Shown: positions 40,330 through 53,892, counted from the stretch's first letter. The stretch: 64,000 nt of DNA from Lytechinus pictus (GCF_037042905.1 NC_087245.1:41356001-41420000), one strand, 5' to 3'. Notes: generated by a model from the letters alone, not told the origin. Translations and numbers: made by a program.

Positions 40330-41687
40330 TTAAACAATATTCATCGTTTCACGGATCAATGAACATTTAATGAAAAAGTATTGTTTCATTTTGGTATCTG
40401 AAATGATATTTTCTTAACTTTTTCGTTATGTTCATGACCAATATTAACATGCTTCAATGATTTAAATGCGTTCGATTAAACATTCACGCTTGAATGAACA
40501 TGTGGAATGTGATTAGCTCTTTGTAACGTTATTGGAAAAAATGCAATTGCTAACTATGGATATTTGTCACAAACCTCCTTACATAGTTAATTAGATTTGA
40601 TTTTTATGAAAACCCCGATGTCTAATGCTTTAGTGAGCACACAATATTCGAAAATTGTGCAAATGAGAAGAAAGTTTAAGGCTTTGGCCCCACTTTGTGC
40701 CGTATCGAATGATTATTTCGGTGTGAGCGCCTTTTTGATAGTGTTAATCTGAAGCCATGTGCGAAGTTTCATTAAAAAATTGTTCTCAGAAGTAACAAAA
40801 ACCGTCCATGAATCAAACCCTCATTTCATTTTTGTAAAAATTTTGACTTCTTCTCTCATACACATTGTGTACACTATTGGTGCATATATTATGTTTAAAA
40901 ATAAGTGACCCCCCAAATTCATTTTCTAAATGTGACTTAATTGCTGTTGTTTTTATCATCCATCAGTTTTATCACCACACACTTTCCGAACTTGTTTACA
41001 TTTTCCTGGTTGAGCGAGCACAATTTTATTCGAAAACTTGGGAATGAATACTTTTGTATACTGCATAAATGTATTCTTTCCCTAACAATTTCTCAGGATC
41101 AGTTGAATTTATGGACAAATCAGTGGTGGGTCCAGAACCTTAAAATGGGGAGGGGCCGAGTAATTGGGGGGAGTCACCAACATTTTCCAATATTAACATG
41201 TTTTAACAAGGTGTAGGGGATACTGCCATAGGCCCCAATGATGATACGTCACAAAACATTGTGCTCACTCAACCATAAACATACGATATCAAAATTGTGT
41301 GTGAAGTGGCTAAATGATGGATATTAAACAGCATTAACACCATAAAATTCACCTAAAAACAACCTTTGCCCAAGTTTGTATTTACACAAACTGAAAAACG
41401 ACTCTTGTGACTTTCAAAAATGGTCATTTTTAATTCAATCTTTGATTACTCATGCATGACTCAACCGATCAATCTCATTTTTCATCAGGAGTTGCTTAAT
41501 TAGTGTAGAAAATTACCTACGAAATATCATATTTCAAAATTATTCCGTTCAAAAGTTACAGCAAATTGATTTAGGGGGGACTTTTTTTTAATTTATTTAT
41601 GTTTTTATTGATAAATCATCAACATATCATTTACATCAAATTCCACTATAAAAGTTACATAAAAAAATCAAAGATAAATCAAAATAT

Positions 41688-44106
41688 GAAGAGCTCACTT
41701 GAAAAAGGTGTTAGGTCCATTTTTTCATCAAATTAGATTTTTTGGTCTCAATGTATAGATTTTTAGTAGCTCTATAAGATGATACCAAAGAAAAGTTGAA
41801 ATTCCTATTTAAAAGTGATCAAAAATGGCAAAGAAAATCCTTTTTTTTTCAAAAGGGGTTAGGTCCATTTCAGTTTAGTTGCAAAAGGGATTAGGTCCAC
41901 ACCGAATTTTTTTGAAAAAGAATATTTTTAAAAATATGAATAAAGGTAAATTTCTTTTATACCCAATTTTATGTTGTAATGGTAGGGAATCTTGAAAATT
42001 CAGTTTCGCATAAGAATATGCAATATAGGAGAATTAAAAAAAATGATTTTCTTGGAGTGGACCTAACCCCTTTTGCAAACAAACTCTTCTGAAGAGCTCA
42101 TTTGTCAAAAGGGGTTAGGTCCAATTGTTCATAAATTTTATTGTTTTCTGTCTCAAAACCTCTAAATTTTTAGTCGCTTTGATGAAAACAAAGAAAATTT
42201 GAAATTTACATGAAAACATGAAAAAAGTGGCAAAGAAAAATCACTTTTTTAATCAAAATAGGTTGGATTCATTTCAGTTTACTTGCAAAAGGGCTTAGGT
42301 CCACAATGATAATTTTTGAAAGAATTTATTTAAAAAAATTGAAGACAGGTAGATTTCTTTTATACCGCCCAATTTTATGTTCACATGATAGGGTAGTACA
42401 TCATGACAATTTAGTTTCTCATAAGAATATTGCAGTAAGTGAGAATAAAAAACATGGTTTTTCTCAGAATGGTCCAAAGTGTACCTAAGCCCAGTGGCGT
42501 AACAGGCGGGGGGGGGGGCAGGGGGGGGGCAAGCTGCCCCCCCCCCCCCCCCTGGCGGAGCTCACCGGGAAAATTTAAAAAAAAAGGAAAAAGAAAAAAA
42601 AAGGGAGGAAGAAAGGGAAAGGAAAGAAAAGAAAAAAGGGAAAGGGGAAGGGGAAAGGGAAAAGAAAACTAAGAAAAAACATAAAAATGGGAAAACGGAA
42701 AGATAACGGGAAAAGGAAGGAAAAAAGAACAAGTGAGAAAGAACAATTTGCCCCGATATAATACATTAGCATGATTAGTAAGACAGGGAAATAAATTAAA
42801 GATGACAAAAAGGCAACCAAAGCGGGAAATAAAGGCAGAATGGAATTAGCCAAAATCTAAATTGGAAAATAAAGAATAGGGACAAGATAACGTACACTTA
42901 CGGGCTGCCGAGGACTGAGATAACGAGCGGGAAGAAAAATGTATGGTATATAGCATAATGTCGTATGAAAGTCTATCATAAACTTGCTAAATCTCCAAAG
43001 GCTCTGTCCAAGAGTCAAGACCCCGTGCAGTGGGGGCTCTTCATCTGTAACCTTTAATGGGTTCTATAACGAGCCCCTATATGGACCCTTCCTGCATTAA
43101 GCTTTACGTTGAAGCACTGGCGTACCGGGGGTGGTTCCACAGCCAAGGGGAAATAAAAGAAAATAAAGGAGGCAACGAAATGAGATAAATGAAAAAAATA
43201 TATAACATGATATTTGCTATAATGATGTAGAAATCTATCACATAATTAGAATTTCATTTTAACAGGCCATTTTTTTTCTGGCTCGCTTCGCTCGCTGGCT
43301 ACTTTTTACAAATTTTCCCACATTTGCTATGGTGTGCCCCTCACAATATTTTGATGATTACGATACACAACTACATTGAATTTATGTGTTGTGTTAAAGC
43401 TTTATAAATATACACACATTTTGTTTAAAATAAGTGGCCATCTGTAAGGTTTAAATGGCTTTGATATCAAGAGGTTCCGGGGCTCTGCCCTGGACCCCAC
43501 CCATAAAGCACTGTTATATGGATGAGTTGAACCATGGCCCCCAAAAGTTCTACAACCAAACAAACAAAAATGAGGAAAGAGAGGAAAGTGTATTATATTT
43601 TTCTGAATATCACGTTAAAATCTATCTTCATGTTAGATTCTCATGAAACGGTGATTTTTTTTATCTCGCTCGCATCGGTCGCTCAAGACCTATATTAAGC
43701 TACTTCTTGCCAGAAGCGCCATACTCGGCCCCCTCGAGCATATAGAGCTTCGCCCTGATGCTCACAATCATAACAAAAATCCTGTTCACCGTGGTGTACA
43801 AAAAAAGATAGAAAAAAGGAGAGAGGTGAAAAATTATATCATCTTTTTAACATTATGTCAAAATCTATCACAAAATTGGATTTTTGCAATAAAAATGTCA
43901 AAAAATTTTGCTCGCTCGCTCGCTTATATATATATATATATATATTTGCCCGATACGCCATATCGCCCCCTCAAAATTTTTGCCTTATGACGCCATTGCC
44001 TGTTCCATGATTATGACCGGGAAATTTTTGGCTCTTGCCCCCCCCCCCCCCTGGCCACCGACCCCTGTTACGCCGCTGCCTAAGCCCTTTTGCAACTAAA
44101 CTCTTC
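41688..44106. mobile_element. Head-to-tail dimer of a ~400-bp MITE (41688-42089 and 42091-44106, the second interrupted by the hAT copy); Sola-like
   Basis: GAAGAG...CTCTTC ends; AAAAGGGGTTAGGTCCA repeats; ATAT on both outer flanks. Confidence 0.7.
42492..44078 (+). mobile_element. Non-autonomous hAT-like element, copy 1
   Basis: TIRs CAGTGGCGTAACAGG / CCTGTTACGCCGCTG; exact 8-bp TSD CCTAAGCC (42484-42491, 44079-44086). Confidence 0.9.
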
Positions 44107-44413
44107 ATATATACAAAAGATTGGAGTGATCGGGAAAATAAAAAAAGACAAAGAAAATAAAATTTAGGGGGGACTTACTTTTTTTGTTGTGTAGATATCC
44201 CAAAACATATAAATGTATGAATAAAACGATTGAATTAACATTTTTTAGACTACTAATTCAATTTATTACTTCAGTTATTGGATGATCAAAATCTATTAAA
44301 AAAAGGCCGTTGCCATGGCAATACCTATGGCAATACCTAAATTTTGTCTTTCCTTTTATTTCATCTTTTCTTTTTTGTTCTCAGTTGTATAACTTTTTGG
44401 GTCAGGTCAGGGG

Positions 44414-45173
44414 CAATGGCAGCCCCAGGATTTTTAACCTCGGGGAGGCAAAAGAACATTTGGGGGGGGGGGGGGGGGTGGGTCAACACACAAACATTTT
44501 GCCTATTTCTCAAAATCGAGCGAGAAGCGCGAGCTATTATTTTTAAAATTTAGACCCTATACTGACTTGAAAAGGGACCTGTTAAGGTCTAGCTGTTTGC
44601 ATTGGGTCATGAAGATAATATCTCACCAAATAAATAACGCGAGCGCGAAGCGCGAGCTGAAATATTTTGATATCCTGAGATGATAACTGGACGTTCTATA
44701 AGCACTTTTTGTAATCATGAACTGGATTGCTTTCTAATTAAACTTTTAATGTGAGCTGATTTTTTTTTATTTATGAAAATTATGAGTACGCAGGATGAGT
44801 ATCTCGCTAAAACGAATAATGAAAACTCGCGAGAAGCATATTGACTTGAACATTGGATTTTTAAGCCCCATTTGAACAGATAATTTACTTATCTCAGTCA
44901 ACAGCTACGGCGAGCGTGTATAGCGCGGGCGATCGGACATTTTGAATAATATATAATGACCTGATAGATATATGTTACTGACAAAAATTATTGGGAGCTA
45001 ACAGTGAATTTTCAAAATTTAAGGAACAAAAAAGCTGTTTTGGAGCACATTGCAGCTTTAGTAGGATGCTTATATGACAACAATTACTATACATTTTTTA
45101 ATTTGTCAAAATTTCAGGGGTGGGGCCAACTCACTGGGGGCAAATCCCCCCCCTCCCCCTGGTGCCGCCACTG
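44414..45173 (+). mobile_element. hAT-like element inserted in an inverted fragment of the 42492 family
   Basis: TIRs CAATGGCAGCCCC / GGTGCCGCCACTG; TSD GTCAGGGG / GTCTGGGG (7 of 8). Confidence 0.75.
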
Positions 45174-45807
45174 GTCTGGGGCGGAGCCCCCGGAACCCCG
45201 TGATATTTTTAAACATTGCAGATGGCCACTGTTCTATCAAATCGCGGGTACATACACAACTCATATTAACTTCAACGCAATGGCAGATAATAAACTAAAT
45301 ATTTTGAGGCAGCACAACATAGCAAATGTTGAAAATTTTGTAAAAGTCGCCAGCGAGCGAAGCGAGCCAGAAAAAAATTGCCCTTTAAAAATGATTAAAT
45401 TTTATTTTGATAGTAGCTTTGGAAATTTAGCCAAAGTAAACAGGCTTTTTACGGTAAATCTAGCCATATTGCATAAAATTTAGCAAGCTTATAATAATTA
45501 AACGCCATCCACCTTTTTTTCCCGTTCTTTATATTTTTCAATCCTCGGCAACCCGGTCGTGTTATTAATTTATTTTCTTTTTTTCTCGTCCCTTTTCTCT
45601 ATATTCTGATTTTCCAATTAAGCTTTTGGTTCTTCTTTCATTTCCCGTTTCTTTCTGCCTCTTTCTCCCACTTACCCGCCATTCTTGCCCGTGCCATTGA
45701 GTCATATCTTTTGATTTTATATCCCTCTCTTGCTAATCATGCTAGTATTTCAGGTCAGGCGCGGATCCATGGGGGGGCCGAGGGGGCCTTGGCCCCCCCC
45801 CCTTCGG

Positions 45808-46624
45808 CTAAAAAAAAAGAAGAGACGGAAAGAAAGATAAAAAAGAGGGGAAGAGGGGAAAAAAGAAGAAAGGAGGAGGGGGAAGAAGGGAAGAAAAAAG
45901 AGAGAGGAAAAGGGGGAAAGACAAGAGGAAAGGAGAGAGGGGAGAGGGGGAAAGGAAAAGGAGAAAAAAAGAGAGAGGAAGAAGGAGGAAAGAAGAGGAG
46001 AGAGAAAAGGGAAAAGAAGAGGGGGAAAGAGAGAGGAAGAGGGGGAAGGAAGAAGAGGAGAAAAAAGAGAGGAAAGGGGGAAAGAAAAGAAGAAAAAGGA
46101 AAGAGGGGGAAGGGAGGGAAGGAAAAGGGAGAGGAAAAGGGGAAAGAAAGAGAAGGAAAAAGTGAGGGAAAGGAAAAGGAGAAAAAAGAGAGAGAGGGGA
46201 AGAGGGGAAAGGAAGAGAAGAAAAAGAGAGAGAGGAAAAAGAGGAAAGAAAAGGAGAAAAAAGAGGAAGAGAAGAAGGGAGAGGGAGAGGGGGAAGAAAA
46301 AAGAGGAAGAGGGGAAAAGAAAAGGAGAGAGAGGAAGAGGGAGGAAAGAAGAGAAGAAAAAAGAGAGGGGAAAGAAAAGACGAAAAAAGAAGAAGGGAAA
46401 GAAAAGAAGAAAAAAGGGAGAAGAAGAGGGGAAAGAAAGAAAAAAAAGAGGAAGAGGTGGAAGGAAAAGAAGAAAAAGGGAGGGGGAGGGGGAAGAAAAA
46501 AGGAAGCGGGGAAAGAAGAGGGGGAAAGAGAGAGGAAGAAGGAGGAAAGAAGAAAAATAAAAGAGAGGGGAAATAAAAGAAGAAACAAAAGGAATAGAAG
46601 AGGGGAAAGAAAGAGAAAAAATAG
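45808..46624 (+). repeat. ~800-bp nearly pure polypurine (A/G) tract
   Basis: Almost no C/T; follows a CAGGCGCGGATCC hAT-like end at ~45756. Confidence 0.95.
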
Positions 46625-46631
46625 ATAGGCT

Positions 46632-47330
46632 CAGAATTGATGTTGGAGCTAGGGGGGCGCCAAATTGATACTCGAGCTAGGGGGGGCGAAATGATATTCG
46701 AACTAGGGAAGCCAAATTGAGTTCGAAGGGATGCCAAAATGATGTTCGAACTGGGGGCCGAATTGATGTTCGAACGGGGGGGGGGGGCGAATTGATGATC
46801 GACCTACATGTAGGGGCTCCGAATAGATACTCGAACTAGGGGCACCACATTGATGTTTGAACTAGGGGGCGCCGAATTGATATTCGAACTAGCGGCGCCA
46901 ATTTGATGTTCCAACTGGGGGCGCCAAATTGATGTTCGACCTAGGGAGGCCAAATAGATGTTCGACGTAGGGGGGAGGGGGGGGGTTGCGCCGAATTGAT
47001 GTTCGACGTAGGGGCGCAAAATTTATGTTCGACATCGGGGGGCGCCGATTGAATGTTCGAACTAGGGGCGCCAAATTGATGTTCGAACTAGGGGGCGCCG
47101 AATTGCTATTCGAACTTGGGGCGAAAAATTGATGTTCGAACGAGAGGGGCGCCAAATTGATGTTCGACATCGGGGGGGGGGGGGGGGCGCCGATTGAATG
47201 TTCGAACTAGGGGCGCCAAATTGATGTTCGAACTAGGGGGCGCCGAATTGCTATTCGAACTTGCGGTGCCAAATTGATGTTCGAACGAGGGGGCGCCAAA
47301 TTGATGTTAGAACTAGGGGGCGCTGAAATT
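46632..47330. repeat. Minisatellite, ~27-30-bp unit (RAATTGATGTTCGAACTAGGGGGCGCC), ~25 copies
   Basis: Contiguous tandem units with variable G-runs; higher-order duplication at ~47025-47300. Confidence 0.95.
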
Positions 47331-48099
47331 GTGTATGGGTATGTCTTAAAAAGAATGCAACTAGTATAAGTTATACAAGTTGCATTCTTTTTTAGTCCGG
47401 GTTATAACTGAGCAAGGTGCCACTTGGAGAAGGAGAAATTTTCATATAGTGCCTCTAGACCAGTTTTTTACGCTGAATATGAATATATGAGGTAAACAGG
47501 CTGTATCCTGAAAATTAACCTGTGAGGGACCTTTTTTCAAAATGGCCGCCATATTTTCCGAGAATTTGAATTTTCGTACATAGATTTTGACATAAGCATT
47601 CAATTGCCATAAAATTAGTGTCATATAAAAGCCAAATAAATTCCCTAAAATTTAGTACTATTTATAGGGGATAAGTAGGTCATTTGGCTGAGATTTTAAG
47701 CAGAAAACTGAATTTTTTGTAATTTTTTCCCCAAAATTAAAAATTTTACAAATACATAATTTCATATAATTCTATGAAAAATTAATCAATTACCTTGAAA
47801 TGTTCCCGAAAACTTTATTGATATACTATTATCATGTGGATAAAATTCCAACTCTGTATCATTCTTTTTAGCAAATTTATAAGGTATCAAACTAGAATAC
47901 TTCAATTTCAGAAACGTCGCTTTTTGTACATGTATAATACATGTATGTATAATACATGTATGTATAATACATACAGTATATATATAATGTATAGTTAAAA
48001 CTTAAATGCTATTATCTCCGCTAGTTAATCACTTGCAGAGTTAAGAGTAAGCTTTTCTCTATCAGCTACATAAAACATAATGTTGACACATCGAAGCCT

Positions 48100-51000
48100 A
48101 ACATTTTTAGGGGGTGGGGTGTCAAAGTCCTCCCCCCCCCCCCCCCCCCGTTGCTATATCATGTTGTTGTATATTGCCTATTTGTTAGAAAAATAACTGT
48201 TTTTTGGAGCACCCATTGAGGCAAAAGGCATTTCTTTTATACAATACATCCACTTTAATTGCTTTGAAAGAGTAGGCTTTTTTCTACCAGCTACATCTAA
48301 AGAAGTGGCACATCGAAGCCTAACCCTCTCGGGGAGGGGGAGCTTTTGCTTGATATTGCCAATTTATTTGAAAATTCACAACATTGAGGCCAAAAAGCGT
48401 TTGTGCTTTGTTGTACACCCCATTTTATTGATTTGATACCACTTAGAGAGGAAAGAGTAGGGTAGAGTAGAGTTTACCAGCTACATATAAATAAGCGCTG
48501 GCACGTCAAACCCTAGCCCTCTCAGTGGCTGTCTAAGTCAACCCCCCCCCCTCCTCTATATCATGTATATTGCCTATTTTGTTGGATATTTCACCATTTT
48601 GGATCACCCATTGAGGCAAAAGCGCGTTTCTACTATATATTTTATTTTCTTGCAATGACTCGGAGAAGAAAGAGTAGGTTTTGCTCTATCAGCTGTACAG
48701 AAGTGTTGGCAAATCGAAGCATATCCCCTTCAGAATGTTCGGGGGCTGTAATATTTACCTCACCAATTTTCGGTATTTGACTATCTATTGGACATTCACA
48801 ATTTTGGATCACTCATTAAGGCAAAAGGGCGTTTCTACTATACTGTATAGTACAGCAAATTCTATTTTCTTGCAATGACTTGGACAGGAAAGAGTATAGG
48901 CTTTGCTCTTTTAGCTCCATATAAAGAAGTGTTGGCAAATTGAAGCCTATCTCATTCAGGCGGCTGTAAAAGTTACCCCACTAATTTTCGGTATTTGGCT
49001 ACTTGTTGAAAATTCACCATTTTGGAGCCCCCATTGAAGCAAAAAGGCGTCCCTGATATATAGTTCTGCCACTTTTATTGGCTTGAAACCGCTTAGAGAG
49101 GAAAGAATGGGCTTTGCTTTATCAGCTATATAAAGATGTGCTGGCAAATAAAAGCCTACCCCCTTCTGGGGTCTGTCGAAATCACCCCCTCCCCCTTTGC
49201 ATTATTGCCTATTTATTGGAAAATTCACAATTTTTGAGCCCCCTTCGAGGTAAAAAGGCATCTCTGATATATAGTTCTGCCACTTTTACTGCCTTGAAAC
49301 CAATTAAGGAGGACAGAATATGCTCTGTTCTATCAGCTACCTATAAAGAAGTGCTGGCACATTGAAGCTTACCCATCTGGGCGGCTGTCAAACCATCCCA
49401 CCCCTTTTGCATTATTGCCTAATTATTTGAAAATTCACAATTTGTGAGCCCCCATTGAGGCAATATGCACTTCTGCTGTATAAACACCCGATTTCATTTT
49501 CTTGAAACCATTTGGAGAGGAAGAGTTTGGAAAGTAAATTCCCCTCTTTAAGCTATATATGTCGAATTGCTGCCATATCGAAGCCTGACCCACTTCAGGG
49601 GACTATAGATGTTACCCCACCTTTTTTACGATTTTTTTGCCAATTCATTGGAAAACTCGCCATTTCGGAGCCCCCATTGAGGCAAAAAAGGTGTTTCTGG
49701 TATATAGTAGAGCCACTAATATATATCTGATAGAGGAAAGCCTACTCTTTCCTGTCCAAGTAGTTTCAAGGCGGTAATAGTGGCAGAACTATATATCAGA
49801 ACCGCCTTTTTGCCTCAATGGGGGCTCCAAAATTGTGAATTTTCAAATAAGTAAGCAATAATGAAAAAGGGGCGGGGTGATTTCAACAGCCCTCTCATGG
49901 GGATATGCTTTTATTTTCGAGCATGTCTTTATATGTAGCTGTTTAAAGCAAAGCCTTTATTCTTTTCTCTCCAAGTTGTTTCAAGGGTGAAAAAAGGCAG
50001 AACTATATATCAGAAATGCCTTTTTGCCTCAATGGGGGCTCCAAAATGGTGAATTTCAAGAGGGGGGGGGGGGAGTAATTTCGACAGTCCCCTGAAGGGA
50101 GCAGGCTTTTACTTGCCGGCACTTCTTTATATGTGCCTGATAAGGCAAAACCTATTCTTTCCTCCCTAAGTGGTATCAAGGCAGTAAAAGTGGAAGAACT
50201 ATAAATCAGAAACGCCTTTTTGCCTAAATGGGGGCTTCAAAATGGTGAATTTTTCAATAAATATGCAATAATGCAAAAGGCATGGGGTGATTTCAACTGC
50301 ATCCCGGAGGGGTAGGCTTTTATTTGCCAGCACTTGTTTATATATAGCTGATAGAGCAAAGCCTACTCTTTCCTATCCAAGTCATTGCAAGAAAATAAAA
50401 TTGGCTGTACTATATAGTAGAAATGCCCTTTTGCCTCAATGGGTGATTTAAAATGGTGTAATTTCCAATACACAGGCAATAAACATAATATAAAGGGGGA
50501 GAGGTTGACTAAGACAGCCCCTGAGAGGCCTAGGTTTCGATGTGCAAGCGCTTCTTAATAATGTGTAGCTGATATACCAAAGCCCATGCTTTCCTCTCCA
50601 AGTAATAGCAAGAAAATAAAATTGGCTGTATGATATATAGTAGAAATGCCCTTATGCCTCAATCATGTCAATGGGTGATCCAAAATGGTGGAATTGCCAA
50701 TAAATAGGCAATATACATGATATAGAGGGGGGTGGGGGTGACTTAGACAGCTGCACCTGAGAGGGCTAGCGTTCGATGTGCTGTGCTTATTTATGTAGCT
50801 GGTAGAACGAACTCTACTCTTTCAAATCAATAAAATAAATAATAAAGCACAAACGCTTTTTTGCCTCAATGTTGGGTCCAAAATGGTGAATTTCCAAATA
50901 AATTAGTAATAAGCAAAAGGGGAGGGGTGACTTCCACAGCCCCCCCCCCCCCGAGAGGGGTAGGCTTCGATGTGCTACTTCTTTTGATGTAGCTGGTAGA

Positions 51001-51195
51001 ACAAAGCCTACTCTTTTCCTCTCCAAGTGGTTTTAAAGTAATTAAAGTGGATGTACTGTATAACAGAAATGCCTTTTGCCTCAATGGGTGCTCAAAAAAA
51101 AAGTTATTTTTCCGCTAACAAATAGGCAATATACAACAACATGATATAGCAACGGGGGGGGGGGGGGGGACTTAACACCCCCACCCCCTAAAAAT
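48100..51195. repeat. Foldback structure: two inverted arrays of ~210-bp units
   Basis: CCCATTGAGGCAAAA-type anchor 8 times in 48211-49690 and its reverse complement 7 times in 49808-51090; orientation switches at ~49730. Confidence 0.9.
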
Positions 51196-51715
51196 TCATC
51201 GATTGATAATTTGAAGTCTCATTGAGAAGTTAGAATATAGTGAATCCCCAGAAAAAACGAAACCGTAATTCGGTGAAAGTCTTTGCTGCCATAATCATAA
51301 TTTTTCTTTATGTGATGTATAAATCGAAATATATGATTTCTTTCTGTCATTTAAAGACCATATCAATGGTCATAAAACATGCATGACTGAGTTAGAACAA
51401 TGGAAATGGTGTTACCAAATTTTCGTTTGCACGAGCAATTTTACGATTTTTCTGGCTTTTACTGCTATCTATTCGGAAATCAAAGTTCATAATTGGAACA
51501 TCCATTTCTTCTTTTTCATAATTATGAGACCCTCCTCGTAAAATATGAATGACGCACGGTCGAGAAAAAGTTGCATGAAACATATTTGATTCCCTACCTA
51601 TTCGATGAATCGTTGGAAAAGAAACATTTCACGGCAAAAAATGTTCAGTTATGCCAAATTGAATATTTTGTTTCCTTTGAATTATATGGCTCAAAGCTCA
51701 TGACCAGTTGACCAC

Positions 51716-52857
51716 CAGTGGCGTAACTACGGGGGGGGGGGGCATGGGGGGCACGTGCCCCCCTCCCAATCGGCTGGCCAAAAAAAAACGGGGAAAAGGA
51801 GAAAAAGAGGGAGAAAGGAAGAGAAACGTAGTGGGGAAAGAAGACTATTAACTATTGTTAATTATAATGATATATTATATTATAATTATGTTATATATTA
51901 CATTAGAAAAATCATAACTTTATGAAACATAATTTGCGCAGGGTCTATGTCTTCATTGTTCCTGGTGCTCGCATTGTATGTTTAACAAGATATATAATCC
52001 TGTTGTACTAAAACCTCCCGTTTTCAAGTCAAAATACACCAAATATATTTCCTCGCACTTCGAATTATTATTGTTTTATGTAGTGACATACGCTTCTTTT
52101 TCATGACTACTTAAAGTGATTGCCCCATTTTAAGGTCTTAATATAAAGCATTTCCTGTCCGTGCTTACTTTCGCATTCGTGCATTGGTGAGATATGTCTG
52201 TTCTTCAGGAATTCCTAAAATCAGTCCTTAAAATGTCCCTTTTTCTGATCTGAATATCAAAAATTTTCAGCTTGCGCTTCGCTTACATCATTTGGTTAGT
52301 GAAATACGCATGGTCTTCGTGAATTCCTACAAGCAGGCCTTAGAATGCCCTTCATTAGTTTCCTAAATTTTCAGCTCGCGCTTCGCGCTCGCAATATTTG
52401 ATTAGTGAGATGCGTATGATAATCATGATTACAAGTGCTTCATGTGTTTTGATGTATATTATTCTAACAAAATCAGTTAGCGCTTGGTACTCGCATTAGA
52501 TGACTATGGTGAGATATGTATACTCTAAAAATGGATTCCTAAAATATAGTCCTTAAAATTTCCCTGTTTGGGGTCAATATATACAAAAATGTCAGCTCGC
52601 GCTTCGCACTCGCATTGTTTGTTTAGCGAGACAGGTATGTATTGTCATTACAAAAAATTGCTTATTATGTCCTTTTTAGGTCTGAATTTCAAAAAAATTA
52701 AGCTCGCGCTTCGCGCTCGCATTATGTGATCAGTGAGATACATATCCGTTTAATGGCACTGCCATGGCAACTGAGCGCGCTTCGCGCGCTCTCTAAGTAA
52801 CTCAATTTTGTTGCTGGTGCCCCCCCCCCCAATGCCGTGACCCACGGTACGCCACTG
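51716..52857. mobile_element. Non-autonomous hAT-like element with GCTCGCGCTTCGCGCTCGC repeats
   Basis: TIRs CAGTGGCGTA / TACGCCACTG; exact 8-bp TSD TTGACCAC. Confidence 0.9.
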
Positions 52858-52869
52858 TTGACCACCATA

Positions 52870-53431
52870 GTCATTAATGTATTTCGACATTAGTAATGTC
52901 AGTATATTATACATTGAACCCTAGGCTATGAGGATAATTGACTGACGGCTATTTTGTTATTTGGGGGCTAGATCTATTTATTTAGTTCATAATAAGCTTG
53001 ATAATTCAATTAGAACAGCTCCTTCTGTCATTTCATTTAAGAGAATGTTTAAAAGAACTTGTAATTTATAAATAACTTGCGGAACATCCACTGTTGTGCT
53101 TATTTTGTGTTAGCATGACCTTGATGATTTGGTGTATATTATCAGTATTTTCAAGATGTCCTTTTTAATTAATTTGATTTATTTATATTTTATTATACGT
53201 CAAACGAGTGCCCGTCTGCGTTTTGTTTGCTGCTAAGTTTGTTAATGTTTCGTTTTACATTCAAATCCTAATGTGAATCTTAAGGCTGTAACATTCTGTA
53301 CATACGTTATGCATTTTGTAAATAAAATATGTTTATTGTTATTCAGGGCCCCATGGAAGACCACTACTTATTGGTGAATGGGCTACCCTGTCAAAATATC
53401 AGAAATAAATAAAATAAATAAATAAATAAAT
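52870..53431 (+). mobile_element. L2/Crack-like LINE 3' end
   Basis: SIRTAPSVISFKRMFK-like ORF2 end; CAGGGCCCCATGGAAGACCA...GGGCTACCCTG structure; (TAAA)n tail. Confidence 0.6.
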
Positions 53432-53892
53432 ATGGGGAGCTAAAAATCGGCCTTAGAGCTGAGTTCCAGTGTATTTCCTACCCTGCTTTGGGGCCTTCTC
53501 ATACAATAGTTGACATAGACTCTATGATATTTGACATTTACCAAAAAGAAAGACTGGCACATTTTGTGCGCACGTCAACATTTCGTGTGTCACTCTGTAG
53601 ATTTTGATTGCCAATCGAATATCAACCCCCCCCCCCCCAAAAAAAAAAGAGCAGTTATTTGCACACAAGGTCAAAACATATCTATTGATGTATAATTACA
53701 AATACCATTACATACATAATAAAAACTTGCATAAAAACATTTTGGACTTAATGATTTCACAGATTCAAGTAATCTATTTCTATAACGGCTTTTGGGGTCA
53801 TTTTCCAAACGATATTGGATTCGACGTTTTCTTTGTACACTGCAAAATCATGCAGTTTGCAGTCAGCTAGTCGGGTAATTCCATGGATAGAA

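Noticed and set aside
45004..45483. 159-aa ORF
   Set aside because: Spans the junction of two nested non-autonomous transposons.
45711..46737. Long ORFs of 277-309 aa (K/E/R/G-rich or F/S/L/P-rich)
   Set aside because: Artefacts of a polypurine tract that lacks stop codons; low complexity and no domain.
46632..47330. CRISPR-like appearance of ~28-bp partly palindromic repeats
   Set aside because: Units are contiguous with no unique spacers, there are no cas genes, and the context is eukaryotic.
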